Shown here one piece after another: positions 8,337 to 17,323 of a stretch of 22,210 nucleotides of DNA. Origin of the DNA: an uncultured bacterium. Lineage in GTDB: Bacteria > Hydrothermota > UBA3073 > NMUJ01. Every line of letters starts with the position of its first letter. Position 1 is the first letter of the stretch. The notes beneath the pieces were generated by a model. That model was given only the letters and a program-made list of their open reading frames with translations. It was not told the origin of the DNA and made no database searches. The stretch lies in assembly GCA_965612795.1 (NCBI GenBank), contig CBFDTI010000015.1, forward strand, positions 1-22,210. Direction: 5' to 3'. The position numbers and the translations under genes were made by a program.

Positions 8337-9214
8337 ATATTATCGATCGATTTGCTGCATACTTAAGAGTAGAACGTGGTTGTGCAGAGAACACATGTAC
8401 ATCTTACGTACACGATATACGTAGGTTTGTTGAGTTTATGAACAGGCGACGTATAAGCTGGGATAGCGTTGATCTAAATACGGTGAATAGTTACATAACG
8501 TATCTGCGTCGTAAGGGCTACTTGAATAGCTCAATATCACGAACTGTAGCCGCTATCAAATCGTTTTACAGGTTTTTGGTTATCGAGAAATACCTCGATA
8601 CTTCACCGGTGGAGCTACTGGAATATCCGAAGAAAGAACTGAAATTACCGAACGTGTTGACACAGGATGAAATATTCCGTATTATAGAAGCTGCCGATAG
8701 CTATACACCGTTAGGTATTAGAGATAGGGCGATGCTCGAACTACTGTACTCCACAGGCATGCGTATAAGTGAGTTAATCAACCTCAAATTAACGGATGTA
8801 TTCTTGGATGAAGCATTTTTACGTATCATTGGCAAGGGTGATAAAGAGCGCTACGTACCCATAGGTAAACCGGCAATGGACTGGCTGACTATATATCTGG
8901 AGCGCGGACGTCCGTATCTCAAACAGCACCATGATAGCGGTTACCTGTTCATCAACCGTAACGGTGATAAGCTCACCCGTATGGGGGTATGGAAAATAGT
9001 TCAAAAATATGCTAAACGTGCAGGTATTAAAAAGCCAGTAACTCCACATACGTTTAGACATTCATTTGCTACCCACATGCTGGAGGGTGGTGCCGACCTA
9101 CGGGTAGTGCAGGAACTGCTCGGACATGCGAGTATCAAAACGACAGAAGTTTACACACATATATCACAGGAGAAGCTCAAAGAAGCGGTGAGGTTATATC
9201 ACCCCAGGGGATGA
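8330..9214 (+). CDS. xerD: Site-specific tyrosine recombinase XerD
   Basis: RDRAMLELLYSTGMRISEL, GKGDKERYVP, TPHTFRHSFATHMLEGGADLRVVQELLGHASIKTTEVYTH, C-terminal YHPR. Confidence 0.93.
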   Translation: MVDIIDRFAAYLRVERGCAENTCTSYVHDIRRFVEFMNRRRISWDSVDLNTVNSYITYLRRKGYLNSSISRTVAAIKSFYRFLVIEKYLDTSPVELLEYPKKELKLPNVLTQDEIFRIIEAADSYTPLGIRDRAMLELLYSTGMRISELINLKLTDVFLDEAFLRIIGKGDKERYVPIGKPAMDWLTIYLERGRPYLKQHHDSGYLFINRNGDKLTRMGVWKIVQKYAKRAGIKKPVTPHTFRHSFATHMLEGGADLRVVQELLGHASIKTTEVYTHISQEKLKEAVRLYHPRG

Positions 9215-9744
9215 GAATAACAGGTGGTGAGTTACGTGGTCATCCACTTTATTATCCGAAAAAGTTAAGGTTACGGCCGACACAGGACAAGGTACGTGGA
9301 GCTATCTTCAATGTGCTGGGTGATGAAGTAATAGACCGTATAGTATTCGATCTATTTGCGGGTACGGGTAGCTTCGGGTTGGATGCACTGTCGAGAGGTG
9401 CCAAAGAGGCATTCTTTATCGAGATATCACGTGCTGCGGTGAGTGTATTACGTCGTAATATCGAAAGCTTGGGTTACAGCAGATATGCACATATTATAAG
9501 AGAAGATGCAATCACTTTCATTAAAGACTTGAAGGAGCGCGGAGATAGCGATTGGCGTACAGCGATAGTGTTTATTGATCCGCCCTACGAAAGTGGTTAT
9601 CTGAGTGAGCTTCTCCCAATCGTCAAAGATTTCCTACCTTATATCCTTATTGTTGAACATTCGAAACGCGAACCATGGCAGCTTGCCGATCGTACGCTAT
9701 CGTTCGGTGATACACGTGTATCGATTTATTACAGAGAGGGGTAA
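9211..9744 (+). CDS. rsmD: 16S rRNA (guanine966-N2)-methyltransferase
   Basis: MRITGG, RPTQDKVRGAIFN, DLFAGTGSFGLDALSRGA, FIDPPY. Confidence 0.93.
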   Translation: MRITGGELRGHPLYYPKKLRLRPTQDKVRGAIFNVLGDEVIDRIVFDLFAGTGSFGLDALSRGAKEAFFIEISRAAVSVLRRNIESLGYSRYAHIIREDAITFIKDLKERGDSDWRTAIVFIDPPYESGYLSELLPIVKDFLPYILIVEHSKREPWQLADRTLSFGDTRVSIYYREG

Positions 9745-9770
9745 CATGATAAGCTTTGCGTTTGCTGTGA

Positions 9771-9811
9771 TGGAATCCAAAGGTTGGCACAAACCCAGCC
9801 CATGGATTTTA
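9771..9811 (+). terminator. Intergenic stem-loop, possible terminator or leader structure
   Basis: AATCCA-AA-GGTTGG-(CACAAAC)-CCAGCC-CA-TGGATT; only a short T run follows. Confidence 0.4.
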
Positions 9812-9827
9812 AATCTTAGGAGGTATT

Positions 9828-10583
9828 ATGATAGATTATATGGTTGTTGACATAGAAACTGTACCGATAGTGTTTGATAACCGAAAAGTAGTGGATTACT
9901 TGATACGAAAGCGGTTCACCCCGGGCTTACATCCGGCGTTCTCGAAGATTGTTGCTATTGGGACGAAAACCCCAGATGCACCGCCTATAATATTTGTGAA
10001 CACCGATGAAAAGCAGCTACTTGAGAGATTTTGGGCCCACTTACGAGATAAGGAGCCACGTCGTATAGTCACATACAACGGGTATAGGTTTGATATACCG
10101 TTCATCATGATACGTTCGTACATCAACGGTATACAGCCACAACTCGATATCGACCGTAATCGCTGGAACATGTTAAATGAAGAGTCTAACCACTTCGATT
10201 GCTTATGGGCACTCGCAGGTATGAATGACGAATTTGCTAACATATCGTTAGAAGTAGCGTGCCTCATATTCGGTATAGAGGTACCCAGTGATTACGATAT
10301 CCTCACTGGTAAAGATGTCGAGCGTGCATACAAGCGTAATGATATCGAGGGGATCAAACGTCACTGTGAGTATGATATCATGCTTACGGAGCAATTATAC
10401 TTAAAACTCAAGGATATAGCATATCCGGTGAGACGCTCCAAACCCATATCACAGAAACAACTCGATTACATTATAGAGCTTGCACGCCAGCAGGGGATCG
10501 AACTTATCCCAGATGACATAAAGGGTTGGTCTTCTCAACAAGCCAGCAAATGGATAGACCAACATAAACAACAGAAGGAGTAA
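9828..10583 (+). CDS. PolB-like DEDD 3'-5' exonuclease (RNase H-like fold) with small C-terminal helical domain
   Basis: ExoI VVDIET, ExoII TYNGYRFDIPFI, ExoIII HCEYDI; SD AGGAGG. Confidence 0.85.
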   Translation: MIDYMVVDIETVPIVFDNRKVVDYLIRKRFTPGLHPAFSKIVAIGTKTPDAPPIIFVNTDEKQLLERFWAHLRDKEPRRIVTYNGYRFDIPFIMIRSYINGIQPQLDIDRNRWNMLNEESNHFDCLWALAGMNDEFANISLEVACLIFGIEVPSDYDILTGKDVERAYKRNDIEGIKRHCEYDIMLTEQLYLKLKDIAYPVRRSKPISQKQLDYIIELARQQGIELIPDDIKGWSSQQASKWIDQHKQQKE

Positions 10584-10585
10584 CC

Positions 10586-12367
10586 ATGATCCGGTTAATG
10601 ACCACGTTAACATTGTCTATCGTGTTGGTAGGCAGCATCGCTGCAGATAAGTTTCATTTCATCGTGATGGGTGACAACCGCGGTGTTAAGGCTTTGGAAC
10701 AACCAGAAGTTTTCAAACAGATCATACGTGAGGTTAACTTACTCAACCCCGACTTTGTCATCATGGGGGGTGACCTCATCCATGGCTATACCTCAGACAC
10801 TGGGCTTATAAAACGGGAATGGCAGAATTTCAAACGCATCCTAAGCGAGCTCGACGTACCATACTACCTAGTAGTGGGTAACCATGATGTTTGGGATGAA
10901 GTGTCGCAACAGATCTATCTGGAAGAATGTGGTGCCCTATACTATTCGTTCGACTACAGGGGGTGCCACTTTATCGCTTTGGATACAGAAATCCCAGGTC
11001 AGATCAACTATATAACAGGTGAACAGTTACAGTGGTTAAAGGATGACCTTAAGCGCCACAAAGATGCTACCCACATATTTGTGTTCATGCATCGCCCCGT
11101 ATGGGCGTATGAGGGTACACCCGGCAAGGTATGGATGCGCGAGATCCACCCCCTACTGGTTAAATACGGGGTGGATATTGTGTTCAGTGGTCACTGGCAT
11201 GTGTATGAGATTGACTATCGTGATGGTATACGCTATGTCATAACAGGTGGTGCAGGTGCACCTATCGGTAGGTATCCAGAGGTGGGCGATTTCCATCATT
11301 ATCTGCTATGTACGGTAGATGGCGAATCGGTTGAAATAGCGGTCATAAAACCCGGTAGCATTTTTGATGAAACTATTGTGAGATTTGAAGACGCATCACG
11401 CTTCCATAGGATACGTACACAATGCATCAGCTACCCCTATATTGATCTACCGCTGGAAACCGAACATGAACTCATGTTGATAATTGATAATCCATTCACA
11501 GATACGGTTGCTGGTATGATTAGGTGGCAACTGGAAGGGTTTGAAGGTTGGCAGGTGGCCCCTATCGAGCAAACCTTCAAGTTACTCCCAACCGCTCAAC
11601 AGGTATTCAGCTTCAAGGTGAGACCAGCTTCACTCCAGGCATGGTATCCCACTCCCATTGTAGAGGTGCTTTACCCATATGCAAAAGATAAGAAACCTAT
11701 CCCTATTAAGCGTGAGATTAGATTGGTACCCAGTTATGATTGTGAAAGGCTCAGCAGTCCACCCATAATAGATGGTAACCTTAAAGATTGGCAAGCCATC
11801 CATCCCATAGTGCTGAATAAGAGGTATCAGGTGGCTTCACGTGATTCCATCAAATGGATAGGTCCCTCAGACAAAAGTGGTAAAATCTACTTGGGTTGGG
11901 ATGATACTTGCTTATACTTTGGAGCTGAAGTTATCGATGACATATTTTGTCAACCCGAACATGGTGTCACGCTATCACGCGGTGACTGTATTATACTGGC
12001 GTTCGATGTAGGTGATGACCCACGAGGTGTAGGTAAGTTAGACAAGTTTCTTACTATATACTTCTTCACGATGACTGAGGATGGGCCTACTGTCTACCGT
12101 CGGTATGCAACCGATCAGTCCAAAGTCTGTGATGTAACGGAAATTGTATTTACAGCTAAAAGGGTCTACACCACGGAGATATACGAGGCCAAACTGCCAT
12201 GGACTGCATTAAAAGAAGGGTTTACACCCGAACCTGGTGAGATCGTCAATTTAGATATCGTATTCACAGATAACGATGGTAAGGGAAGAGAGGATTGGCT
12301 ACAGTGGACACCTGGTTGTATGGAGAAAGGTGAAATCTCTTACTACGGTAAACTGATACTACGGTGA
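10586..12367 (+). CDS. Secreted calcineurin-like metallophosphoesterase with C-terminal CBM9/DOMON-like sugar-binding domain
   Basis: Signal peptide; GDNR, GGDLIH, VGNHD, FMH, GHWH motifs; C-terminal PIIDGNLKDW...LGWDDTCLYFGAEVIDD...YEAKLPW. Confidence 0.85.
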   Translation: MIRLMTTLTLSIVLVGSIAADKFHFIVMGDNRGVKALEQPEVFKQIIREVNLLNPDFVIMGGDLIHGYTSDTGLIKREWQNFKRILSELDVPYYLVVGNHDVWDEVSQQIYLEECGALYYSFDYRGCHFIALDTEIPGQINYITGEQLQWLKDDLKRHKDATHIFVFMHRPVWAYEGTPGKVWMREIHPLLVKYGVDIVFSGHWHVYEIDYRDGIRYVITGGAGAPIGRYPEVGDFHHYLLCTVDGESVEIAVIKPGSIFDETIVRFEDASRFHRIRTQCISYPYIDLPLETEHELMLIIDNPFTDTVAGMIRWQLEGFEGWQVAPIEQTFKLLPTAQQVFSFKVRPASLQAWYPTPIVEVLYPYAKDKKPIPIKREIRLVPSYDCERLSSPPIIDGNLKDWQAIHPIVLNKRYQVASRDSIKWIGPSDKSGKIYLGWDDTCLYFGAEVIDDIFCQPEHGVTLSRGDCIILAFDVGDDPRGVGKLDKFLTIYFFTMTEDGPTVYRRYATDQSKVCDVTEIVFTAKRVYTTEIYEAKLPWTALKEGFTPEPGEIVNLDIVFTDNDGKGREDWLQWTPGCMEKGEISYYGKLILR

Positions 12368-12375
12368 TATACGGA

Positions 12376-13950
12376 TTATAATCGTTCTCTTATAAGTTTC
12401 ACAGGGATGCTACCAAAACTCAATAACTTGTCGTGAAATTCGCGCAAATCACCGGAATATTTATCACGTAGCTCCATGATCTGCTTCTTACCGATTATAT
12501 AGCTCATGGGTTGTGTTGGTGAGCTCGTGTAGCGTTTGACTTCAGCCTCTGCGTTGACGGGTTCGAGTTTGGCTTCCTCCACGAGAAATTTGACTGCATC
12601 GCCGAAACTCATCTGCCTTGTGTGCAGCTTAACATCTACGATTACACGACATGCACGCCATAGTTCATCTTTTAGCTGCATCAACCTTACCCTTGGATCT
12701 GTGTAGTAACCCAGCTCATAGAATAGTTCCTCGCAGTATAGAGCCCAACCTTCCACAAACACCGATGTACCATAAACCTTACGTACTTTGGAATCAACCC
12801 GATTAGCCCATAACAGTTGCAGATGATGCCCTGGATACCCCTCATGTAGTGCAACTATGGGGATGCTATAAATCGAATGGCCACGAAGTTGTTCTTCAGT
12901 GGTAGCAGGTGTCACGTAGAAGAACCCTTTCTGTTGCTTTTCGAACGGTGCTGGTGGCATGTACGCTGCATATGGGATGGTGGGGCGTGCAAACTGTGGT
13001 GTTTCAATAACCTCCAACCCCTCCTCCGGCGGTATGGTCACTATATTCTTGTCGATTGTAAACTCACGTGTATGCTGCATTTCGCGTCGATAGTAATCCA
13101 ATAACTCATCAGCTGGCGGATGTGCGGATTTCAATTCTTCAACTATTGTAATCCAGGCTTTGGTGGGTTCGATACTGCCTGCTACTTTATTGAGCGCATT
13201 CTTCACCCTATTTAGGGTGCTCTCCCCTATCTCCAGCAGATCGTCTGCATCCCAATCTAACATATGTTCTACCTTCAATTTGTAATCGAAAAGCTCTCTA
13301 CCTATCGGGAACTCACCCTTGGAGCTAGCCAGATACTCTTCTTTAAGGAATCTACAGTACCTATCAAAGGATTCGGCGGCAGCCATGCTCGCTTTTGTAA
13401 CATGGGCTTTCAACTTCGGTACTTGTTCCGCAAATTTAGGTACGAAATGTTTGAAGAAGCTTATACTCGCTTCGGCTTTCTCGATAGCTATCTTGGTGTA
13501 GATGGCGGGTGAGTTCTTCAGATTGTGTTTAGCCTCATCTATGAGACGTGGTACCTGATACAACCTCTTCAAGATGAACTCAAGCCGCTCACCAACGGGT
13601 GCAAATTCGCGCAATATGAGGGTAAACACCCCATATAACGGGATGTCTATGTATATGGAAGGGTCTCTTTCCCACATCCGTAGCTGTTCGAACTCCCTGA
13701 GCTTCACCTCAAGGGCGCTGGTTAACACATTATAATCGAGCTGCTCATCTTCTGTTAACTTAGTGGGGTCGATCTTTTTGAGCTCCTTTAAGTAGTATTT
13801 CTCCTTTTCATGTACATCCAGCAGGAAATCTTTATCTAACTTATCCAGCTCGTGGTCATATTTGTGTATACCTTCATATGTTGCGGTAACAGGTGAAGTT
13901 TGCCATCTAAATTCCAAAATCTCATCCACCAGTTGCTGGAAGCTTTTCAT
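12376..13950 (-). CDS. DUF885 family putative zinc metallopeptidase
   Basis: SPVTATYEGIHKYD, LHEGYPGHHLQ, FVEGWALYCE, LWRACRVIVDVKLH, EVKRY..PTQPMSY, FHDKLLSFG; SD AGGAGG on the - strand. Confidence 0.9.
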   Translation of the reverse strand: MKSFQQLVDEILEFRWQTSPVTATYEGIHKYDHELDKLDKDFLLDVHEKEKYYLKELKKIDPTKLTEDEQLDYNVLTSALEVKLREFEQLRMWERDPSIYIDIPLYGVFTLILREFAPVGERLEFILKRLYQVPRLIDEAKHNLKNSPAIYTKIAIEKAEASISFFKHFVPKFAEQVPKLKAHVTKASMAAAESFDRYCRFLKEEYLASSKGEFPIGRELFDYKLKVEHMLDWDADDLLEIGESTLNRVKNALNKVAGSIEPTKAWITIVEELKSAHPPADELLDYYRREMQHTREFTIDKNIVTIPPEEGLEVIETPQFARPTIPYAAYMPPAPFEKQQKGFFYVTPATTEEQLRGHSIYSIPIVALHEGYPGHHLQLLWANRVDSKVRKVYGTSVFVEGWALYCEELFYELGYYTDPRVRLMQLKDELWRACRVIVDVKLHTRQMSFGDAVKFLVEEAKLEPVNAEAEVKRYTSSPTQPMSYIIGKKQIMELRDKYSGDLREFHDKLLSFGSIPVKLIRERL

Positions 13951-14084
13951 TGTACCTCCTTAAAATATCCAGTATCTGTAAGATGTGCTATAGCCCGGTA
14001 CGGTCAATGTGTTCAATATAACCACCACACTAAAACTTGTGTTTGACATCGACGTTTATCCTGTCGCAATATCTCATAAATCAC

Positions 14085-14111
14085 TTGACTCTATCGATTT
14101 GTACGTATTAT
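14085..14111 (+). promoter_or_regulatory. Putative promoter of leuD-ppdK (TTGACT-N15-TATTAT)
   Basis: TTGACT at 14085-14090, TATTAT at 14106-14111; SD GGAGG follows. Confidence 0.55.
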
Positions 14112-14134
14112 AAAAGACAAATCGGAGGCACAAG

Positions 14135-14635
14135 ATGGTACTCAAAGGTAAAGCGTGGAAGTTTGGTGACAACATATCAACAGATTTGATAATACCGGGT
14201 AGATACTTTCATCTGCGGTCTAACCTACCGGAGCTGGCCAAGCACACGTTAGAGGATGCGGATCCACAGTTTCGTGAGAAGTTCAATCCTGGCGATTTTG
14301 TTGTCGCCGGTTATAACTTTGGGTTAGGGTCATCACGTGAACATGCAGCGTTAGTGTTACGTGAAACCAAGGTAGCAGCTGTCTTGGCAAAAAGCTTTGC
14401 CCGCATATTCTTCCGTAATGCTATTAATGTTGGGTTACCATTAGTTGAATGTGATACTGATACAATAAACGAGGGTGACGAACTTGAAGTAGACCTCGCT
14501 AAAGGTATTGTACGCAACCTTACACGTGGGGTTGAACTCAAAAGCAACCCATTACCACCGGTGATGTTGAAGATATTGAGTGATGGTGGGTTGTTGCCAC
14601 ATCTGATCAAGCATGGCGATTTTGCGTTAGATTAA
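14135..14635 (+). CDS. leuD: 3-isopropylmalate dehydratase/homoaconitase small subunit (LeuD/HacB/DmdB type)
   Basis: GKAWKFGDNISTDLIIPGRY, NFGLGSSREHA, AKSFARIFFRNAINVGLP, C-terminal GGL. Confidence 0.9.
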   Translation: MVLKGKAWKFGDNISTDLIIPGRYFHLRSNLPELAKHTLEDADPQFREKFNPGDFVVAGYNFGLGSSREHAALVLRETKVAAVLAKSFARIFFRNAINVGLPLVECDTDTINEGDELEVDLAKGIVRNLTRGVELKSNPLPPVMLKILSDGGLLPHLIKHGDFALD

Positions 14636-14644
14636 GGAGGTACA

Positions 14645-17275
14645 ATGGCGAAGAAATGGGTATATTTCTTTGGTGACGGTAAAGCCGAAGGTAATGCCAA
14701 GCTTGTAAACCTGTTAGGTGGTAAAGGTGCCAACTTACATGAGATGACCAACCTCGGCATACCTGTACCACCAGGGTTTACTATAACTACCGAGGCATGT
14801 CGCTACTTCTATGAGAAAGATGGCGAGATTCCACCGGAGCTCGAACCCCAAGTACGTGAGGCGATGAGTAGGATCGAATCCCTCATGGGACGTAAGTTCG
14901 GCGACCCCAATAACCCGTTACTTGTGTCAGTACGATCGGGTGCACCGGTGTCGATGCCCGGTATGATGGATACCATACTCAATTTAGGGTTAAACGATGA
15001 GAGTGTCGAAGGGTTGAGCAAGTTAACCAACGACCCACGATTCGCGTATGACTGCTATAGGCGGCTTATCTCTATGTATGGGAATGTAGTCATGGGTATA
15101 CCACATGAGGAGTTTGAGAAACTAATCGAACAGAAGAAACGCGAAAAGGGTGTCACCCAGGACATAGAGTTGACGGCGGAGGATTGGCGTGACTTAGTGG
15201 CTAAGTTCAAACAACTTATACGTGACCGCACGGGTAAGGAGTTTCCACAAGACCCATGGGAACAACTCTGGGGTGCAATCAAAGCTGTATTCAAGTCGTG
15301 GAATAACCGTCGTGCTATCGAATATCGTAAGATACACGGTATACCGGAAGACCTCTACACAGCCGCTAATGTACAAACGATGGTGTTCGGTAACCTTGGC
15401 GAAGACAGTGCTACGGGGGTGGCATTCACAAGGAATCCAGCCACCGGTGATAAAGCCTTCTACGGTGAATACCTACGTAATGCACAGGGTGAAGATGTAG
15501 TCGCCGGCATACGGACACCGGAACCTATCGATAAGCTCAAGGAGGAGATGCCCATCATATACGAAGAGCTCATGAAGATAAGGGATTTGTTAGAACGTCA
15601 CTATAAGGATATACAAGATATTGAGTTCACGATAGAGCGTGGTAAACTCTATATGTTGCAGACACGGCGTGGCAAACGTACTGCGCTCGCCAACGTAAAG
15701 ATAGCAGTCGATATGGTTAAGGAAGGGCTAATCGACAAAAAAGAGGCTATTAGACGGGTAACTCCGGAAGATATCGAGCAGCTCATGCATCCAGTAATTG
15801 ATCCAAATGTAAAGGCAGAACCTATCGCTAAGGGGTTACCAGCATCACCAGGTGCAGCTACCGGAAAGGTAGTGTTTACATCGGAGGAAGCAGCGGAATG
15901 GGCTGATAGAGGTGATCCCGTAATACTTGTGCGACTCGAGACTTCCCCGGAGGATATTGTAGGTATGAAGAAAGCGGAAGGTATCCTAACCCAACGTGGT
16001 GGTATGACCTCACACGCAGCAGTAGTAGCTAGAGGTATGGGGAAACCCTGCGTGGTCGGATGTGAAAATATCAATATAGACTATGACAAGAAGGAATTCG
16101 TCACATCTACAGGTGTAACAGTATGTGAAGGTGACGTGATCACGATCGACGGTGCCACCGGTAATGTATACGTCGGCGACCTACCCAAAGTGAGATTGGC
16201 AACTGTACCAGAGTTTCAAGAAATCTTGCAGTACGCGGACGAAATACGTAGGTTAGGTGTACGCACGAATGCAGATACACCTGAACAGGCTAAAACTGCG
16301 CGTGAGTTCGGTGCCGAAGGTATAGGGTTGTGCCGTACCGAACATATGTTCTTCGCTGAGGATAGGATCAAGGCGATGCGCGAGATGATAGTAGCGGAGA
16401 CGCCCGAGGATCGCAAGAAAGCACTCGCCAAACTTCTACCCATGCAGAAGGAAGATTTCAAACAGATATTGGATGTGATGGACGGGCTACCAGTCATTAT
16501 AAGGACGCTCGACCCACCTCTACACGAATTCTTGCCTAAGGAACGAGAACGGATTGAGGAGCTTGCAAAGGAGTTGGGTATCGATCCTGATGTACTTCAG
16601 AAGAAGATCGAATCGCTCACGGAATTTAACCCAATGCTGGGACATCGTGGTTGTCGACTCGGTATAACGTATCCTGAAATCACCGAAATGCAGGCACGTG
16701 CAGTATTTGAAGCTGCTTGCGAGCTCAAAAAAGAGGGTAAGAACCCCATACCTGAGATAATGATACCGCTGGTGGCGGATGCGAAAGAATTTAAATACCA
16801 ACGTGAGGTGGTGGATAGAGTGGCGAAAGAGGTTATGGAACAGTATGGAGTAGAAATCGAATATAAAGTGGGTACAATGATCGAGCTGCCACGTGCTGCA
16901 CTTACAGGTGATGAGATTGCGAAGTATGCGGAATTCTTCTCGTTCGGTACGAACGATCTTACACAGACGACGTTCGGGTTTTCGCGTGACGATGTAGCTA
17001 AATTTTTGAATCTATACATAGAAAAAGATATATTACCATATGATCCGTTCCAATCGCTGGACGTTGTAGGTGTGGGTGAACTCGTCCGCATAGGTACAGA
17101 GCGTGGTAAAAAGACACGACCTGACCTCGAGGTCGGTATTTGCGGCGAACATGGTGGTGAACCACGTTCAATCGCATTCTGCCATAAGGTAGGGCTTGAC
17201 TATGTGAGCTGCTCACCATATCGTGTACCTATAGCGAGGTTGGCAGCTGCAAAGGCTGTAGTCGAAGAAGAGTAG
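14645..17275 (+). CDS. ppdK: Pyruvate, phosphate dikinase
   Basis: LLGGKGANL, PVPPGFTITT, SVRSGA, SMPGMMDTILNLG, GGMTSHAAVVARG (phospho-His), EFNPMLGHRGCR, GICGEHGG. Confidence 0.98.
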   Translation: MAKKWVYFFGDGKAEGNAKLVNLLGGKGANLHEMTNLGIPVPPGFTITTEACRYFYEKDGEIPPELEPQVREAMSRIESLMGRKFGDPNNPLLVSVRSGAPVSMPGMMDTILNLGLNDESVEGLSKLTNDPRFAYDCYRRLISMYGNVVMGIPHEEFEKLIEQKKREKGVTQDIELTAEDWRDLVAKFKQLIRDRTGKEFPQDPWEQLWGAIKAVFKSWNNRRAIEYRKIHGIPEDLYTAANVQTMVFGNLGEDSATGVAFTRNPATGDKAFYGEYLRNAQGEDVVAGIRTPEPIDKLKEEMPIIYEELMKIRDLLERHYKDIQDIEFTIERGKLYMLQTRRGKRTALANVKIAVDMVKEGLIDKKEAIRRVTPEDIEQLMHPVIDPNVKAEPIAKGLPASPGAATGKVVFTSEEAAEWADRGDPVILVRLETSPEDIVGMKKAEGILTQRGGMTSHAAVVARGMGKPCVVGCENINIDYDKKEFVTSTGVTVCEGDVITIDGATGNVYVGDLPKVRLATVPEFQEILQYADEIRRLGVRTNADTPEQAKTAREFGAEGIGLCRTEHMFFAEDRIKAMREMIVAETPEDRKKALAKLLPMQKEDFKQILDVMDGLPVIIRTLDPPLHEFLPKERERIEELAKELGIDPDVLQKKIESLTEFNPMLGHRGCRLGITYPEITEMQARAVFEAACELKKEGKNPIPEIMIPLVADAKEFKYQREVVDRVAKEVMEQYGVEIEYKVGTMIELPRAALTGDEIAKYAEFFSFGTNDLTQTTFGFSRDDVAKFLNLYIEKDILPYDPFQSLDVVGVGELVRIGTERGKKTRPDLEVGICGEHGGEPRSIAFCHKVGLDYVSCSPYRVPIARLAAAKAVVEEE

Positions 17276-17291
17276 TACCTAATGGAGTAAG

Positions 17292-17318
17292 TTGACGTGC
17301 GTAGGTTAACTTTATATT
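17292..17318 (+). promoter_or_regulatory. Putative promoter of hyp-zapA-rny-ymdB (TTGACG-N15-TATATT)
   Basis: TTGACG at 17292-17297, TATATT at 17313-17318, in-frame ATG at 17324. Confidence 0.5.
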
Positions 17319-17323
17319 TATTT

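Noticed and set aside
8330..9214. Tyrosine recombinase as the integrase of a mobile element
   Set aside because: Sequence is a typical chromosomal XerD embedded in a housekeeping operon; no att repeats, tRNA or phage genes seen.
9745..9827. Fluoride or c-di-GMP riboswitch-like fragments (GTGATGGAATC; GCAAACGCAAAGC on the - strand)
   Set aside because: The required pairing partners and stems are absent.
9605..9850. 81-aa ORF (and its 34-aa sub-ORF from 9746) between rsmD and the exonuclease
   Set aside because: Overlaps both neighbours, has no recognisable motif, and the region is better explained as a hairpin-containing intergenic.
13951..14084. Minus-strand promoter for DUF885 or an sRNA in the divergent intergenic region
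   Set aside because: TTGACC and TTGAAC boxes on the - strand lack a convincing TAnnnT at 15-18 nt, and no stable structure was evident.
1947..17280. GAGTAGTACC shared at the ends of the lipoprotein gene (1947-1956) and ppdK (17270-17279)
   Set aside because: Six of the ten bases are a Glu codon plus TAG stop; two copies are too few to call a motif.
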